DNA of 32,000 nucleotides from Alphaproteobacteria bacterium (GCA_018823325.1 JAHJIJ010000017.1:3696-35695), one strand, 5' to 3'. Positions 1 through 7,933 are shown, numbered from the stretch's first letter. Notes: generated from the letters alone by a model not told the origin. Made by a program: numbers and translations.

Positions 1-109
1 AATCTGTGCGTTGGCAGTTGGTATTGTCAGCGATTTTACAAAGCGAATGGGTCACTTATCCACTAGGATGCACGAGCCGAATACCCAGTGCCGCCCAATA
101 GCGAACTGG

Positions 110-1462
110 ATGATTTCAGAAGTGCGTGGGGATCCGAGACTACTCACAGGTGTATCAAATCGATCGCCTGCAGAACTTGCCAAGTCCCACCCGATCGCTC
201 CCGTAGACATCGCTGACCTCGCACGCCTCTCACCTTCCGATCTCGCCTTTCTCTCCCGTGACTGGCCGCTTCTGGCGCGGCCCGAACAACTTCCGCCTGA
301 CGGAGACTGGCGCAGCTGGCTGATCCTCGGCGGGCGGGGATCGGGCAAGACCCGGGCCGGTGCCGAATGGGTGCAGGCTGAGGTGCTGGCGGCCGGCAAG
401 CGGACGGATCTGCGCATTGCGCTGGTGGCGGAGACGCTCGGCGATGCGCGTGAGGTGATGATCGACGGGGCCTCCGGGCTTGCGCGGATCGCAAGGCGGA
501 TGCGGCCGGAGGTGGAGATTTCGCGGCGACGGCTGGTATGGCCGAACGGGGCGATTGCCCAGATCTTTTCATCAGAGGATCCCGAAAGCCTGCGCGGGCC
601 GCAGTTTCATCTCGCCTGGTGCGACGAGCTCGCCAAATGGAAACATGCCGACGAGACCTTCGACATGCTGCAGTTTGCGCTGAGGCTGGGGGAGGCGCCG
701 CGCCAGGTGGTGACGACGACGCCGCGTCCGGTGCCGCTGTTGAAGCGGCTGATGGCGGATGAGGGAACGGCGCTGACCCGGATGGCGACCTCGGCCAATG
801 CGAGGCATCTGGCGCCCGGGTTCCTGGCGGCACTTTCTGCCCGTTATGGCGGGACAAGGCTGGGGCGCCAAGAGCTGGATGGCGAGCTGATCGAGGACCG
901 GGCGGACGGCTTGTGGAAGCGCGCGCGGCTCGACGAGATCGTGGTGAAATTGGCTGAGCCCTTGCGGCGCATCGTGGTTGCGGTCGATCCACCGGCCGGC
1001 GGGGCGACGGCCTGCTGCGGCATCGTGGTGGCCGGGCTGAAGGAGAATGGTCAGGCGGTTGTCTTGGCGGATTGTTCGGTCGAGGGAACAGGGCCGGCGG
1101 GCTGGGCGCGGGCGGTGGTCTCGGCCTACAGGCGCTTCGAGGCCGACCGGGTGGTGGCCGAGGTCAACCAGGGCGGCGACATGGTGCGCGCCGTGCTCGA
1201 GGGCATCGAGGCGCGGCTGCCGGTGACGACGGTGCGGGCGACGCGCGGCAAGTTTCTCCGCGCCGAGCCGGTGGCGGCTTTGTATGAGCAGGGGCGGGTG
1301 GTTCATGCCGGGCGGTTTGTCGAACTCGAGGACCAGATGTGTGATTTTGGCCCGGAGGGACTGTCGAACGGGCGCTCGCCGGACCGGCTGGATGCGCTGG
1401 TCTGGGCGCTGACGGCGCTGATGCTGGAGGGTGGCGGGGAGCCGCGGATCAGGGGGGTGTGA
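110..1462 (+). CDS. GTA/phage terminase large subunit (RcGTA g2-like)
   Basis: ORF open from 11 (TTG). P-loop-like 'LGGRGSGKTRAGAEW' and the overall layout fit a large terminase. First ATG is at 110. The first ~110 nt are AT-richer, so the true start (11-110) is uncertain. Confidence 0.9.
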   Translation: MISEVRGDPRLLTGVSNRSPAELAKSHPIAPVDIADLARLSPSDLAFLSRDWPLLARPEQLPPDGDWRSWLILGGRGSGKTRAGAEWVQAEVLAAGKRTDLRIALVAETLGDAREVMIDGASGLARIARRMRPEVEISRRRLVWPNGAIAQIFSSEDPESLRGPQFHLAWCDELAKWKHADETFDMLQFALRLGEAPRQVVTTTPRPVPLLKRLMADEGTALTRMATSANARHLAPGFLAALSARYGGTRLGRQELDGELIEDRADGLWKRARLDEIVVKLAEPLRRIVVAVDPPAGGATACCGIVVAGLKENGQAVVLADCSVEGTGPAGWARAVVSAYRRFEADRVVAEVNQGGDMVRAVLEGIEARLPVTTVRATRGKFLRAEPVAALYEQGRVVHAGRFVELEDQMCDFGPEGLSNGRSPDRLDALVWALTALMLEGGGEPRIRGV

Positions 1463-1472
1463 GGTGGGGCTA

Positions 1473-1727
1473 CCTCTCCCCTTTGTGGGAGAGGTTACAA
1501 AATCGAAGGCTTAGCCCGATCGAGGGCTAAACTTCAGATTTTGTTGGTGAGGGGATCGGTGATGATGGTGCCAATGGAACCGATCCCCTCACTTGCGAAA
1601 TCTGAAGTTTAGGCGGCTTACGCTCGCCTAAGCCTTCGATTTCGCTTTCTCCCCCACAAAGGGGGGAGAGGGAGCGAGGCATTGCGGCATCGACACCTCC
1701 CCCTGTGTTGGTGAGGGGATTGGTTTA
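1473..1727. repeat. RIME-like mosaic palindromic repeat, copy A1 (unit1, loop, inverted unit2, truncated unit)
   Basis: Nested hairpins (cctctcccc..gggagagg; cttagccc..gggctaa; ttaggcgg..cgcctaa). 'aatcgaaggcttagc...ctaaacttcagattt' pairs with 'aaatctgaagtttagg...cctaagccttcgattt'. The same units recur at 2170, 7076 and 24924. Confidence 0.85.
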
Positions 1728-1737
1728 GCTGGCACCC

Positions 1738-2094
1738 TCACTCCCCACCATTGCGCAGCTCCGACAGAATATGACGGCAGACATCGTCGAGATGCTGCAG
1801 GACCTCGTCGTTCCAGAAGCGCAGGATGCGGAAGCCTTCGCCGCGGAAGAGGGCGTCACGGTTAAGGTCGTGGAGGCTGTCGCCGTGCTGGCCGCCGTCG
1901 ACTTCGATGATCAGCCTGGCTTCGAAGCAGACGAAGTCGAGGATGTAGCCGCGCAGCGGAACCTGTCGGCGGAACTTGGCGCCGGCCAGCTGGCGGTCAC
2001 GGAGCGCGCCCCAGAGCATGGCTTCGGGTGTCGTCGGGTCGGTGCGCATCTGGCGCGCCCGGGCTCGAGCAAGGGGTTTTGGTTCGTGGCGCAT
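1738..2094 (-). CDS. DUF559 (Vsr-like fold) endonuclease-domain protein
   Basis: 118 aa. 'GYILDFVC...LIIEVDGGQH...RD..L...GFRILRFWNDEV' matches the DUF559 signature as I remember it. Confidence 0.8.
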   Translation of the reverse strand: MRHEPKPLARARARQMRTDPTTPEAMLWGALRDRQLAGAKFRRQVPLRGYILDFVCFEARLIIEVDGGQHGDSLHDLNRDALFRGEGFRILRFWNDEVLQHLDDVCRHILSELRNGGE

Positions 2095-2169
2095 GGGACT
2101 GGCCTGTTGGATTGGCTCAGTATGCGCCTTTGGGTTGTGGGGACAAGAGGTGTGGTGCTAACGGAACGG

Positions 2170-2375
2170 GTCCCCTCACCAGCAAAATCTGAGGTTTAGC
2201 CCTGATCGGGCTAAGCCCTCGATTTTGTAACCTTTCCCACAAGGGGGAGAGGTGTCGATGCGGCTGGCCCCGCGCTCCCTCTCCCCCTCTCGCCCCACTG
2301 TGGGGGAGAAAGCGAAATCGAAGGTTAGGCGAGCGAAAGCCGCCTAAACTTCAGATTTCGGAAGTGAGGGGATCC
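2170..2375. repeat. RIME-like mosaic repeat, copy A2 (unit1 and unit2 both reversed relative to A1)
   Basis: 'tcccctcaccagcaaaatctgaggtttagccctgatcgggctaagccctcgattttgtaacc...gggggagaaagcgaaatcgaaggttaggcgagcgaaagccgcctaaacttcagatttcggaagtgaggggatc'. Near-identical to copy A3 at 7076-7272. Confidence 0.85.
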
Positions 2376-2395
2376 GTTCCATTATCCACCACACG

Positions 2396-2424
2396 AAAAA
2401 AACCGGCGCCCTTTCGGACGCCGG
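2396..2424 (-). terminator. Rho-independent terminator of the small minus-strand ORF
   Basis: Minus strand reads CCGGCG-tccgaaaggg-CGCCGG followed by TTTTTTT. It lies 27 nt after the stop codon at 2451. Confidence 0.75.
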
Positions 2425-2450
2425 TTGATCACGCAATGCGGTGGGTAGGT

Positions 2451-2576
2451 TTACTTCGCAGCCGTTGCGGGGGCTGCCGGCTGGCGGACCTGGCGCCATT
2501 CGTTTTCGAGGCGCTGCAGGACATGGGCCGGGATCGTTGCCGGGGCGGCGGTCTTGGTCGAAGTGTTCGTCTGCAT
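2451..2576 (-). CDS. Small hypothetical protein, 41 aa (MQTNTSTKTAAPATIPAHVLQRLENEWRQVRQPAAPATAAK)
   Basis: Hand-translated; too short for the ORF track. Strong SD (gaggaggga) 4-5 nt upstream of the ATG, with the intrinsic terminator just downstream. Divergent from the GH19 gene. Confidence 0.45.
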   Translation of the reverse strand: MQTNTSTKTAAPATIPAHVLQRLENEWRQVRQPAAPATAAK

Positions 2577-2676
2577 GTCTTCCCTCCTCGGGTTTGGAAG
2601 TCTGGCCTCCAAACGTGTCTGTGGGCTGAAAGTTCCACAGCGTTAAACCTTTGTAAATATGAACGGAACGAGCTCT

Positions 2677-2703
2677 AAACGATTGAAATTTCTTCAATCG
2701 TTT
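2677..2703. promoter_or_regulatory. Perfect 11-bp inverted repeat (aaacgattgaa-N5-ttcaatcgttt) in an AT-rich divergent intergenic region
   Basis: Read directly. It lies between the small minus-strand ORF (start 2576) and the GH19 gene (start 2784). Could be an operator or a bidirectional hairpin. Confidence 0.4.
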
Positions 2704-2783
2704 TAATTCCGAACTTTTTTGCAGGCCGCAGCGCCCGATACGGCGTAGCCGGCAGCTTTCTTCCCGACATCGAGGATTTCATC

Positions 2784-3404
2784 ATGCGGATCGACCGGCG
2801 AATCGTCTTCGCGGGGCTGCGCAATGCCGTGTTCGGCGGGCGGCTTTCTCAAGGGCAGGTGGACGGCGTGGAGGCGGTGCTGACGCGGTTTTCGGCGCGC
2901 GGCTGGGGCGATCCGCGCTGGCTCGCCTATATGCTGGCGACCGCGCATCACGAGACCGGCGGCACCATGCAGGCGGTGCGCGAGACCTTTGCGCCTGACG
3001 ATGCGGAGGCCGTCAACCGGCTGGAACGGGCCTGGCGGGCGGGCTGGCTGCCGACGGTGACGACACCCTATTGGCGCCGCGATGCGGCGGGCCGCAGCTA
3101 TTATGGGCGGGGTCTTGTGCAGATCACCCATCGCGGGAATTACGCGAAGATGAGCCGCGTGACCGGGCTCGATCTCGTGGCCGAGCCGGATCTGGCGCTC
3201 AGGCTCGACGTATCCGCCACCATCCTGGTGGTTGGCATGACCGAGGGGCTGTTTTCGGGGCTAAGGCTTGCGGACTTCTTCTCAGGCACCAAGGCCGACT
3301 GGACGGGGGCGCGAAAGATTGTCAACGGCACCGACCGGGCGAAAAAGATCGCGGTGACGGCGCGGATCTTCGACGCGGCTGTCAGGGCGGGGCTCATGGT
3401 GTGA
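2784..3404 (+). CDS. Glycoside hydrolase family 19-like (chitinase/lysozyme fold) protein, putative endolysin
   Basis: 206 aa. 'LATAHHETGG' (catalytic Glu context), 'YYGRGLVQITHRGNY' and 'EPDL...' match the GH19 / phage GH19 endolysin core motifs. No signal peptide is evident. Confidence 0.75.
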   Translation: MRIDRRIVFAGLRNAVFGGRLSQGQVDGVEAVLTRFSARGWGDPRWLAYMLATAHHETGGTMQAVRETFAPDDAEAVNRLERAWRAGWLPTVTTPYWRRDAAGRSYYGRGLVQITHRGNYAKMSRVTGLDLVAEPDLALRLDVSATILVVGMTEGLFSGLRLADFFSGTKADWTGARKIVNGTDRAKKIAVTARIFDAAVRAGLMV

Positions 3405-3483
3405 GGCGGCCAAGCGGCGCATTGAGCGGAGGCCCGCGCGATGCTATCGGCTTTTGCGCTGCAATAGCTCTTCGAGGTGCCTC

Positions 3484-3789
3484 ATGATCCGCCACATCGT
3501 CTTCTTCACCGTCAGCCCCGAACATCTCGAGGCAGTGCGTTCGGGGCTATCGATCCTGACGGAGATCCCGAGTGCAACTCGGCTGGAGATCGGCACGAAT
3601 GTGAAGACCGACGGTTTTCACCGCAGCATCGATCTGGTCGTCTATGGCGAATTCGAGGATGAGGCGGCACTCGCTGCCTACAAGGCGCACCCGCTCTATG
3701 AGGAGAGCATCCGCCGGGTGAAGCCGCTGCGCGAGGAGCGCTATGCGGCGGACTATGTGGTGGGGGATGCGGTGACGGCGCGGGTGTGA
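3484..3789 (+). CDS. Dabb family (stress-responsive dimeric alpha-beta barrel) protein
   Basis: 'MIRHIVFFTV...' N-terminus, ~100 aa, '...AYKAHPLY...' is typical of Dabb domains. ATG at 3484 is preferred over the 3454 track start. Confidence 0.7.
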   Translation: MIRHIVFFTVSPEHLEAVRSGLSILTEIPSATRLEIGTNVKTDGFHRSIDLVVYGEFEDEAALAAYKAHPLYEESIRRVKPLREERYAADYVVGDAVTARV

Positions 3790-3793
3790 GGGC

Positions 3794-3907
3794 TCAGCGG
3801 CTCTGGCGCCGGCGCAGCAAGAGATAGAGACCGGCGAGGACCGATAAGCCGAGCAAGAAGAGACCGGCCTGGTTGAAAAAACCGCTAGTGGCAGTGATGT
3901 CCATCAT
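3794..3907 (-). CDS. Small hydrophobic protein, 37 aa (MMDITATSGFFNQAGLFLLGLSVLAGLYLLLRRRQSR)
   Basis: Hand-translated. SD gaggaag 5 nt upstream. One TM helix followed by a basic RRRQSR tail. Confidence 0.35.
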   Translation of the reverse strand: MMDITATSGFFNQAGLFLLGLSVLAGLYLLLRRRQSR

Positions 3908-3993
3908 GGTGCTTCCTCAAGGTCCGAGAGAAATGTTCGTGCCGGTAAGGGTGCTGCGCAGTTTTGCACGGGAACGGTCTGCTGACAAACCGT

Positions 3994-4026
3994 CCCGCTG
4001 CGGCACGAGACATGCGCCGCAGCGGG
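3994..4026 (-). terminator. 11-bp perfect stem hairpin downstream of the hydrolase gene
   Basis: cccgctgcggc-N11-gccgcagcggg, 10 nt after the stop at 4036. The U-tract on the minus strand is weak. Confidence 0.35.
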
Positions 4027-4035
4027 GCACCCAGT

Positions 4036-5010
4036 TCACATCTGCTTCTGCTCGACTTTGCTGAGATCCGGAGCATGGGCCTCAAGCGCAGCCATCGCGT
4101 CCGGCCAGCTCTTGGCGTCAATGTCGAGCGCAGTGCGGAGCCAGGCGAGTGTCATGCGCTGGGTAACAGTGAGGCGATCGGGGTCTTCATCGTCGGTTTC
4201 CTTTGCGTCATAGCCGGCAATGCCGCCGAGGCCGTGTTTTCCGCCAAAGAGGGTGAGCAGCGCTTCCGCCCCCGGGGCGTGGCGATAGGGGTCGACATGC
4301 CAGTCGGCGCCGCGCGGCGTCAGATGCGGATTGTCGTCGGCGTCACCGGCGACGACCAGGGTGCGGGTGGTCAGCGTCGAGAAATCCGGATTGAGGGTGG
4401 TGTAGTTCTTGCGGGCGTGATCGCTGAGGCTGTCGCCGCCGAGGCCGGGGGCGGCGAGAAGCACGCCGGCCTTGATGCGCGGTTCCGGACGGCGAATGCG
4501 GGTAACGGCCGGATCGGCGGTATCCGTGAGGCCCGCGCCGAGCAGCATGCCGACGGTCTGGCCGCCGAGCGAATGGCCGACGGCCGCGATCCGTGTGTGA
4601 TCGAGGCGGCCTGATAGCAGCGGCACGGCCTGTTCGATGGTGGCGAGACTGTCGAGGACCAGGGTAATGTCGTCGAGCCGCGACTGCCAGAAGAAGGGAT
4701 AGCCGGGCGCATCCTGGCCGAGGCCCGCAACCTTCGAATTGGCATGGGTCGGCTGGATGACGACGAAACCATGGGCGGCATAGAAATCGACGAGTGGGCC
4801 ATAGCCGTCCTTGGAGGGAATATAGAGCGATGGGCCGTGGCCATGCGAGAGAAGGATGACCGGCAGGCTGTCGCCGGAGAGCGGTGTGGTGATGCGCAGA
4901 TCGAGCGGGCGGCCTCGACCGGGCGCCGGCAGCGTGACCGGGTTGATGGTTATGGTGGCTTGCGGGGTCGGCGTCGGGATGGTGCGTGCTTTTGTGACGA
5001 GATCGTTCAT
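4036..5010 (-). CDS. Alpha/beta hydrolase (dienelactone-hydrolase/chlorophyllase-like)
   Basis: 324 aa. 'LLSHGHG' oxyanion region and 'GHSLGG' nucleophile elbow. SD ggagc upstream of the ATG. Confidence 0.8.
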   Translation of the reverse strand: MNDLVTKARTIPTPTPQATITINPVTLPAPGRGRPLDLRITTPLSGDSLPVILLSHGHGPSLYIPSKDGYGPLVDFYAAHGFVVIQPTHANSKVAGLGQDAPGYPFFWQSRLDDITLVLDSLATIEQAVPLLSGRLDHTRIAAVGHSLGGQTVGMLLGAGLTDTADPAVTRIRRPEPRIKAGVLLAAPGLGGDSLSDHARKNYTTLNPDFSTLTTRTLVVAGDADDNPHLTPRGADWHVDPYRHAPGAEALLTLFGGKHGLGGIAGYDAKETDDEDPDRLTVTQRMTLAWLRTALDIDAKSWPDAMAALEAHAPDLSKVEQKQM

Positions 5011-5063
5011 GGAATGAAGCTCCGGGCTCTGGAAATTGCGAGATGAAGGAGATAAGGATTAAG

Positions 5064-5078
5064 CGGAACGGTGTTCCG
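5064..5078. promoter_or_regulatory. Putative TetR operator 1 (CGGAAC-N3-GTTCCG)
   Basis: Perfect palindrome in the 147-bp divergent hydrolase/TetR intergenic region. Confidence 0.55.
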
Positions 5079-5094
5079 AATGTTGAGGTTATAT

Positions 5095-5111
5095 ACGGAA
5101 CGTCGTTCCGT
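5095..5111. promoter_or_regulatory. Putative TetR operator 2 (ACGGAAC-N3-GTTCCGT)
   Basis: Second perfect palindrome with the same core, 31 bp from the first. Confidence 0.55.
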
Positions 5112-5157
5112 TTAGCAAGGGCTGCGCGGGATTTCTCCGTGCGGCTGGAAACTGCGC

Positions 5158-5784
5158 ATGGATAAAGAGGCTGCAATGGACGGGGATCACGGACAGGAAG
5201 CAGGCGGACCGCGGGTGCGCGCCGATGCGCGGCGCAACGAGGATGCACTGCTGGAGGCGGCCAAGGCGATCTTTGCCGCAAGCGGCGTTGATGCGCCGGC
5301 GCGCGAGATCGCGGCACGCGCCGGAGTGGGTGTGGGCACACTCTACCGACGCTTTCCGAGCCGCGCGGATCTCGTCATCGCAGTGTTCAAGCGCGAGGTG
5401 GACGCCTGTACGGCGGAGGCGGTGGTGCTCGCATCAGGGCATCCGCCGGGCGAGGCGCTGGCGCTCTGGCTGCGCCGTTTCACCAGGTTCATTGCCGCCA
5501 AGCGTGGGCTGGCTCAGGCGCTGCATTCCGGCGATCCGGCCTTTCAGGCGCTGCCCGATTATTTCCGTCAGAATTTCGAACCGGCTTTAGCCGGGCTCCT
5601 GGACGCAGCTGTCGATGTCGGGGCCGTTCGTTCAGGCATTGAGCCCTACGAACTGCTGCGCGCCATCGGCAATCTCGCGGCGATCAAGGGCGCGGAGCCG
5701 GAGGGCGAGACATCAGTGATGGTCGAGCTGCTGATCGACGGACTGCGCTTAAGTGCGGGCAAGGTACCGCCGGCTGCAGGCTGA
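5158..5784 (+). CDS. TetR/AcrR family transcriptional regulator
   Basis: N-terminal HTH 'AREIAARAGVGVGTLYRRFPSRADL'. Divergent from the hydrolase gene. Confidence 0.85.
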   Translation: MDKEAAMDGDHGQEAGGPRVRADARRNEDALLEAAKAIFAASGVDAPAREIAARAGVGVGTLYRRFPSRADLVIAVFKREVDACTAEAVVLASGHPPGEALALWLRRFTRFIAAKRGLAQALHSGDPAFQALPDYFRQNFEPALAGLLDAAVDVGAVRSGIEPYELLRAIGNLAAIKGAEPEGETSVMVELLIDGLRLSAGKVPPAAG

Positions 5785-5879
5785 GGCCGGCGATCGCTTG
5801 CAAGAGACGGCATAGGCGGGGGCCGGGCCGATCGCGGCAGGCTGCCTGATCGATTTTCATTTCTGTCGAGGACATCCCC

Positions 5880-7052
5880 ATGAAACTTCCCTTCCGAATG
5901 CCCTGGGCGCAAGCCCGGGATCGAACCTCCGTGCCCGAGGAAAAGGCGCTTCATCCGCGACCCGGGACGGCGCTGGCGCTGATTGCGGGCGAGGGCGAGG
6001 CGCGGTGGACGGGCAGGTCCTATGCGGCACTTTCGCGCGAGGGGTTCATGAAGAACCCGGTCGCGCATCGCTGCGTGCGTTTGGTGTCAGAGGCGGCGGC
6101 CAGCATCGCGTTCCTCGCCTATAACAGCGAGACCGAGCGGCCGGAGCATCCCGCACTTGCTCTGCTGTCTCGGCCGAACGGGGCGATGACGGGGGCGGAT
6201 TTTCTCGAAACGCTGTATGGCCAGCTGCTGCTCTCGGGCAATGCCTATGTCGAGGCGGTGGCGGCCGGCGGACGCAGTGCGGAACGGGCGGTGGAGCTGC
6301 ATCTGCTGCGGCCCGACCGGGTGAGCGTGGTGACCGGGGCGGATGGCTGGCCGTCGGCCTATGACTATCGCGCCGGCACAAGCGCCAGGCGGATCGCGCT
6401 CGATGGTCTCCTGCATCTGAAGCTGTTTCATCCGCTCGACGACCACGAGGGGTTCGCGCCGCTGGCGGCAGCGCAGGTGGCACTCGATCTGCATAACGCG
6501 GCGGGGCGCTGGAACAAGGCGCTGCTCGACAATTCGGCCCGGCCTTCCGGCGCGCTGGTCTACCAGCCGAAGGAGGGCGGCAATCTCTCTGCCGACCAGT
6601 ATCAGCGGCTGAAGGTGGAGCTCGACGAGGGTTATTCCGGCCCGATGCGCGCCGGGCGGCCGCTTTTGCTTGAGGGCGGGCTCGACTGGAAGTCGATGGG
6701 GCTCTCGCCCAAGGATATGGATTTCGTCGAGGCCAAGAATGGCGCGTCGCGCGACATCGCGCTCGCCTTCGGCGTGCCGCCCATGCTGCTCGGCATTCCC
6801 GGCGACAACACCTATGCCAATTACCAGGAGGCGAACCGCGCCTTCTATCGGCTGACCGTGCTGCCGCTGGTGACACGGACCGGGGCGTCGCTTTCGGTGT
6901 TTCTGGGCGAGCTGACGGGCGAGGGGCTGCGGCTGGTGCCGGATCTCGATACGGTGGCGGGGCTTTCGGCCGAGCGCGATGCGCTCTGGGCGCGGGTGGG
7001 GGCGGCGGCGTTTTTGACGGACGAGGAGAAGCGCGAGGCGGTGGGGTATTGA
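5880..7052 (+). CDS. GTA/phage portal protein, HK97 family (RcGTA g3-like)
   Basis: 390 aa. 'GNAY.E...', 'DFVEAKN..SRDIALAFGVPPMLLGIPGDNTYANYQEANRAFY' is typical of HK97-type portals. Confidence 0.9.
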   Translation: MKLPFRMPWAQARDRTSVPEEKALHPRPGTALALIAGEGEARWTGRSYAALSREGFMKNPVAHRCVRLVSEAAASIAFLAYNSETERPEHPALALLSRPNGAMTGADFLETLYGQLLLSGNAYVEAVAAGGRSAERAVELHLLRPDRVSVVTGADGWPSAYDYRAGTSARRIALDGLLHLKLFHPLDDHEGFAPLAAAQVALDLHNAAGRWNKALLDNSARPSGALVYQPKEGGNLSADQYQRLKVELDEGYSGPMRAGRPLLLEGGLDWKSMGLSPKDMDFVEAKNGASRDIALAFGVPPMLLGIPGDNTYANYQEANRAFYRLTVLPLVTRTGASLSVFLGELTGEGLRLVPDLDTVAGLSAERDALWARVGAAAFLTDEEKREAVGY

Positions 7053-7075
7053 GGGCTTTGTTGTGCCAAAGCGCT

Positions 7076-7272
7076 GATCCCCTCACCAACAAAATCTGAG
7101 GTTTAGCCCTGATCGGGCTAAGCCCTCGATTTTGTAACCTCTCCCACAAAGGGGAGAGGTGTCGATGCGGCTGGCCTCGGCTCCCTCTCCCCCTCTTTGG
7201 GGGAGAAAGCGAAATCGAAGGCTTAGGCGAGCGCAAGCCGCCTAAACTTCAGATTTCGCAAGTGAGGGGATC
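7076..7272. repeat. RIME-like mosaic repeat, copy A3 (same orientation as A2)
   Basis: Aligns by eye over its whole length with A2 and with the reverse complement of A4. Confidence 0.85.
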
Positions 7273-7363
7273 AGTTCCGCTGGCAATATCCCCCAGCATC
7301 ACACGGATGCCAGTTACAGATGTCCGCACTAGGATGCTTGCTCTACCGATACGGACATCGCCT

Positions 7364-7933
7364 ATGGAAACCCAGCCCCACCTCCCACCCGGTGCCAGCC
7401 TCATCGCCGACTGGATCACCCCTCAGCAGGAAGTAGCGCTTGCCGCCTTCCTGGATGCCGGTGACTGGAGCGGCGAGCTGAAGCGGCGGGTGCGGCATTT
7501 CGGCTATCGTTATGACTACCGGGCGAGGAGCGCCTCGCGAGAAAGCCGGATCGGGCCCTTGCCGGACATGCTCAAGGGGCTGGCCGAGCGGCTGGTGGCG
7601 GACGGGTTTTTCTCAGGCGTGCCGGACCAGGTGATCGCCAACGAATATCTGCCTGGGCAGGGGATCAGCGCGCATGTCGATTGCGAGCCGTGTTTCGGCG
7701 AGGTGATAGCCTCGCTCAGTCTGCTGTCGGGCTGCGAGATGCGGTTTGGATGCCTTGCAAGCGGCGAGACGCGCGCTGTCATCTTGCAGCCGCGTTCGCT
7801 GCTGGTGCTCGCGGGACCAGCGCGGCGCGACTGGACGCATGCGATCCCGGCGCGGCGGTCGGACGTGATTGATGGCGTGCGGGTGATGCGCGTGCGGCGG
7901 GTGTCGCTGACGTTTCGGACGATGCGGTTTTGA
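7364..7933 (+). CDS. AlkB-like 2OG-Fe(II) oxygenase
   Basis: 'NEYLPGQGISAHVD' (HxD), 'WTHAIP' (distal His) and 'RVSLTFR' (2OG-binding Arg). The track ORF start at 7262 lies inside repeat A3, so ATG 7364 is preferred. Confidence 0.75.
   Translation: METQPHLPPGASLIADWITPQQEVALAAFLDAGDWSGELKRRVRHFGYRYDYRARSASRESRIGPLPDMLKGLAERLVADGFFSGVPDQVIANEYLPGQGISAHVDCEPCFGEVIASLSLLSGCEMRFGCLASGETRAVILQPRSLLVLAGPARRDWTHAIPARRSDVIDGVRVMRVRRVSLTFRTMRF

Noticed and set aside
12-27. Sigma-54-like element TGGCA-N..-TATTGT near the window start, upstream of the terminase gene.
   Set aside because: The critical -12 GC is replaced (TTGT instead of TTGC). The element lies at the window edge within the possible terminase 5' region, with no supporting enhancer-binding-protein context.
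62-7340. Shared 11-mer 'cactaggatgc' upstream of the terminase start (62-72) and upstream of the AlkB-like gene (about 7327-7337).
   Set aside because: A single 11-nt match within 32 kb is expected by chance, and the flanking sequence does not align.
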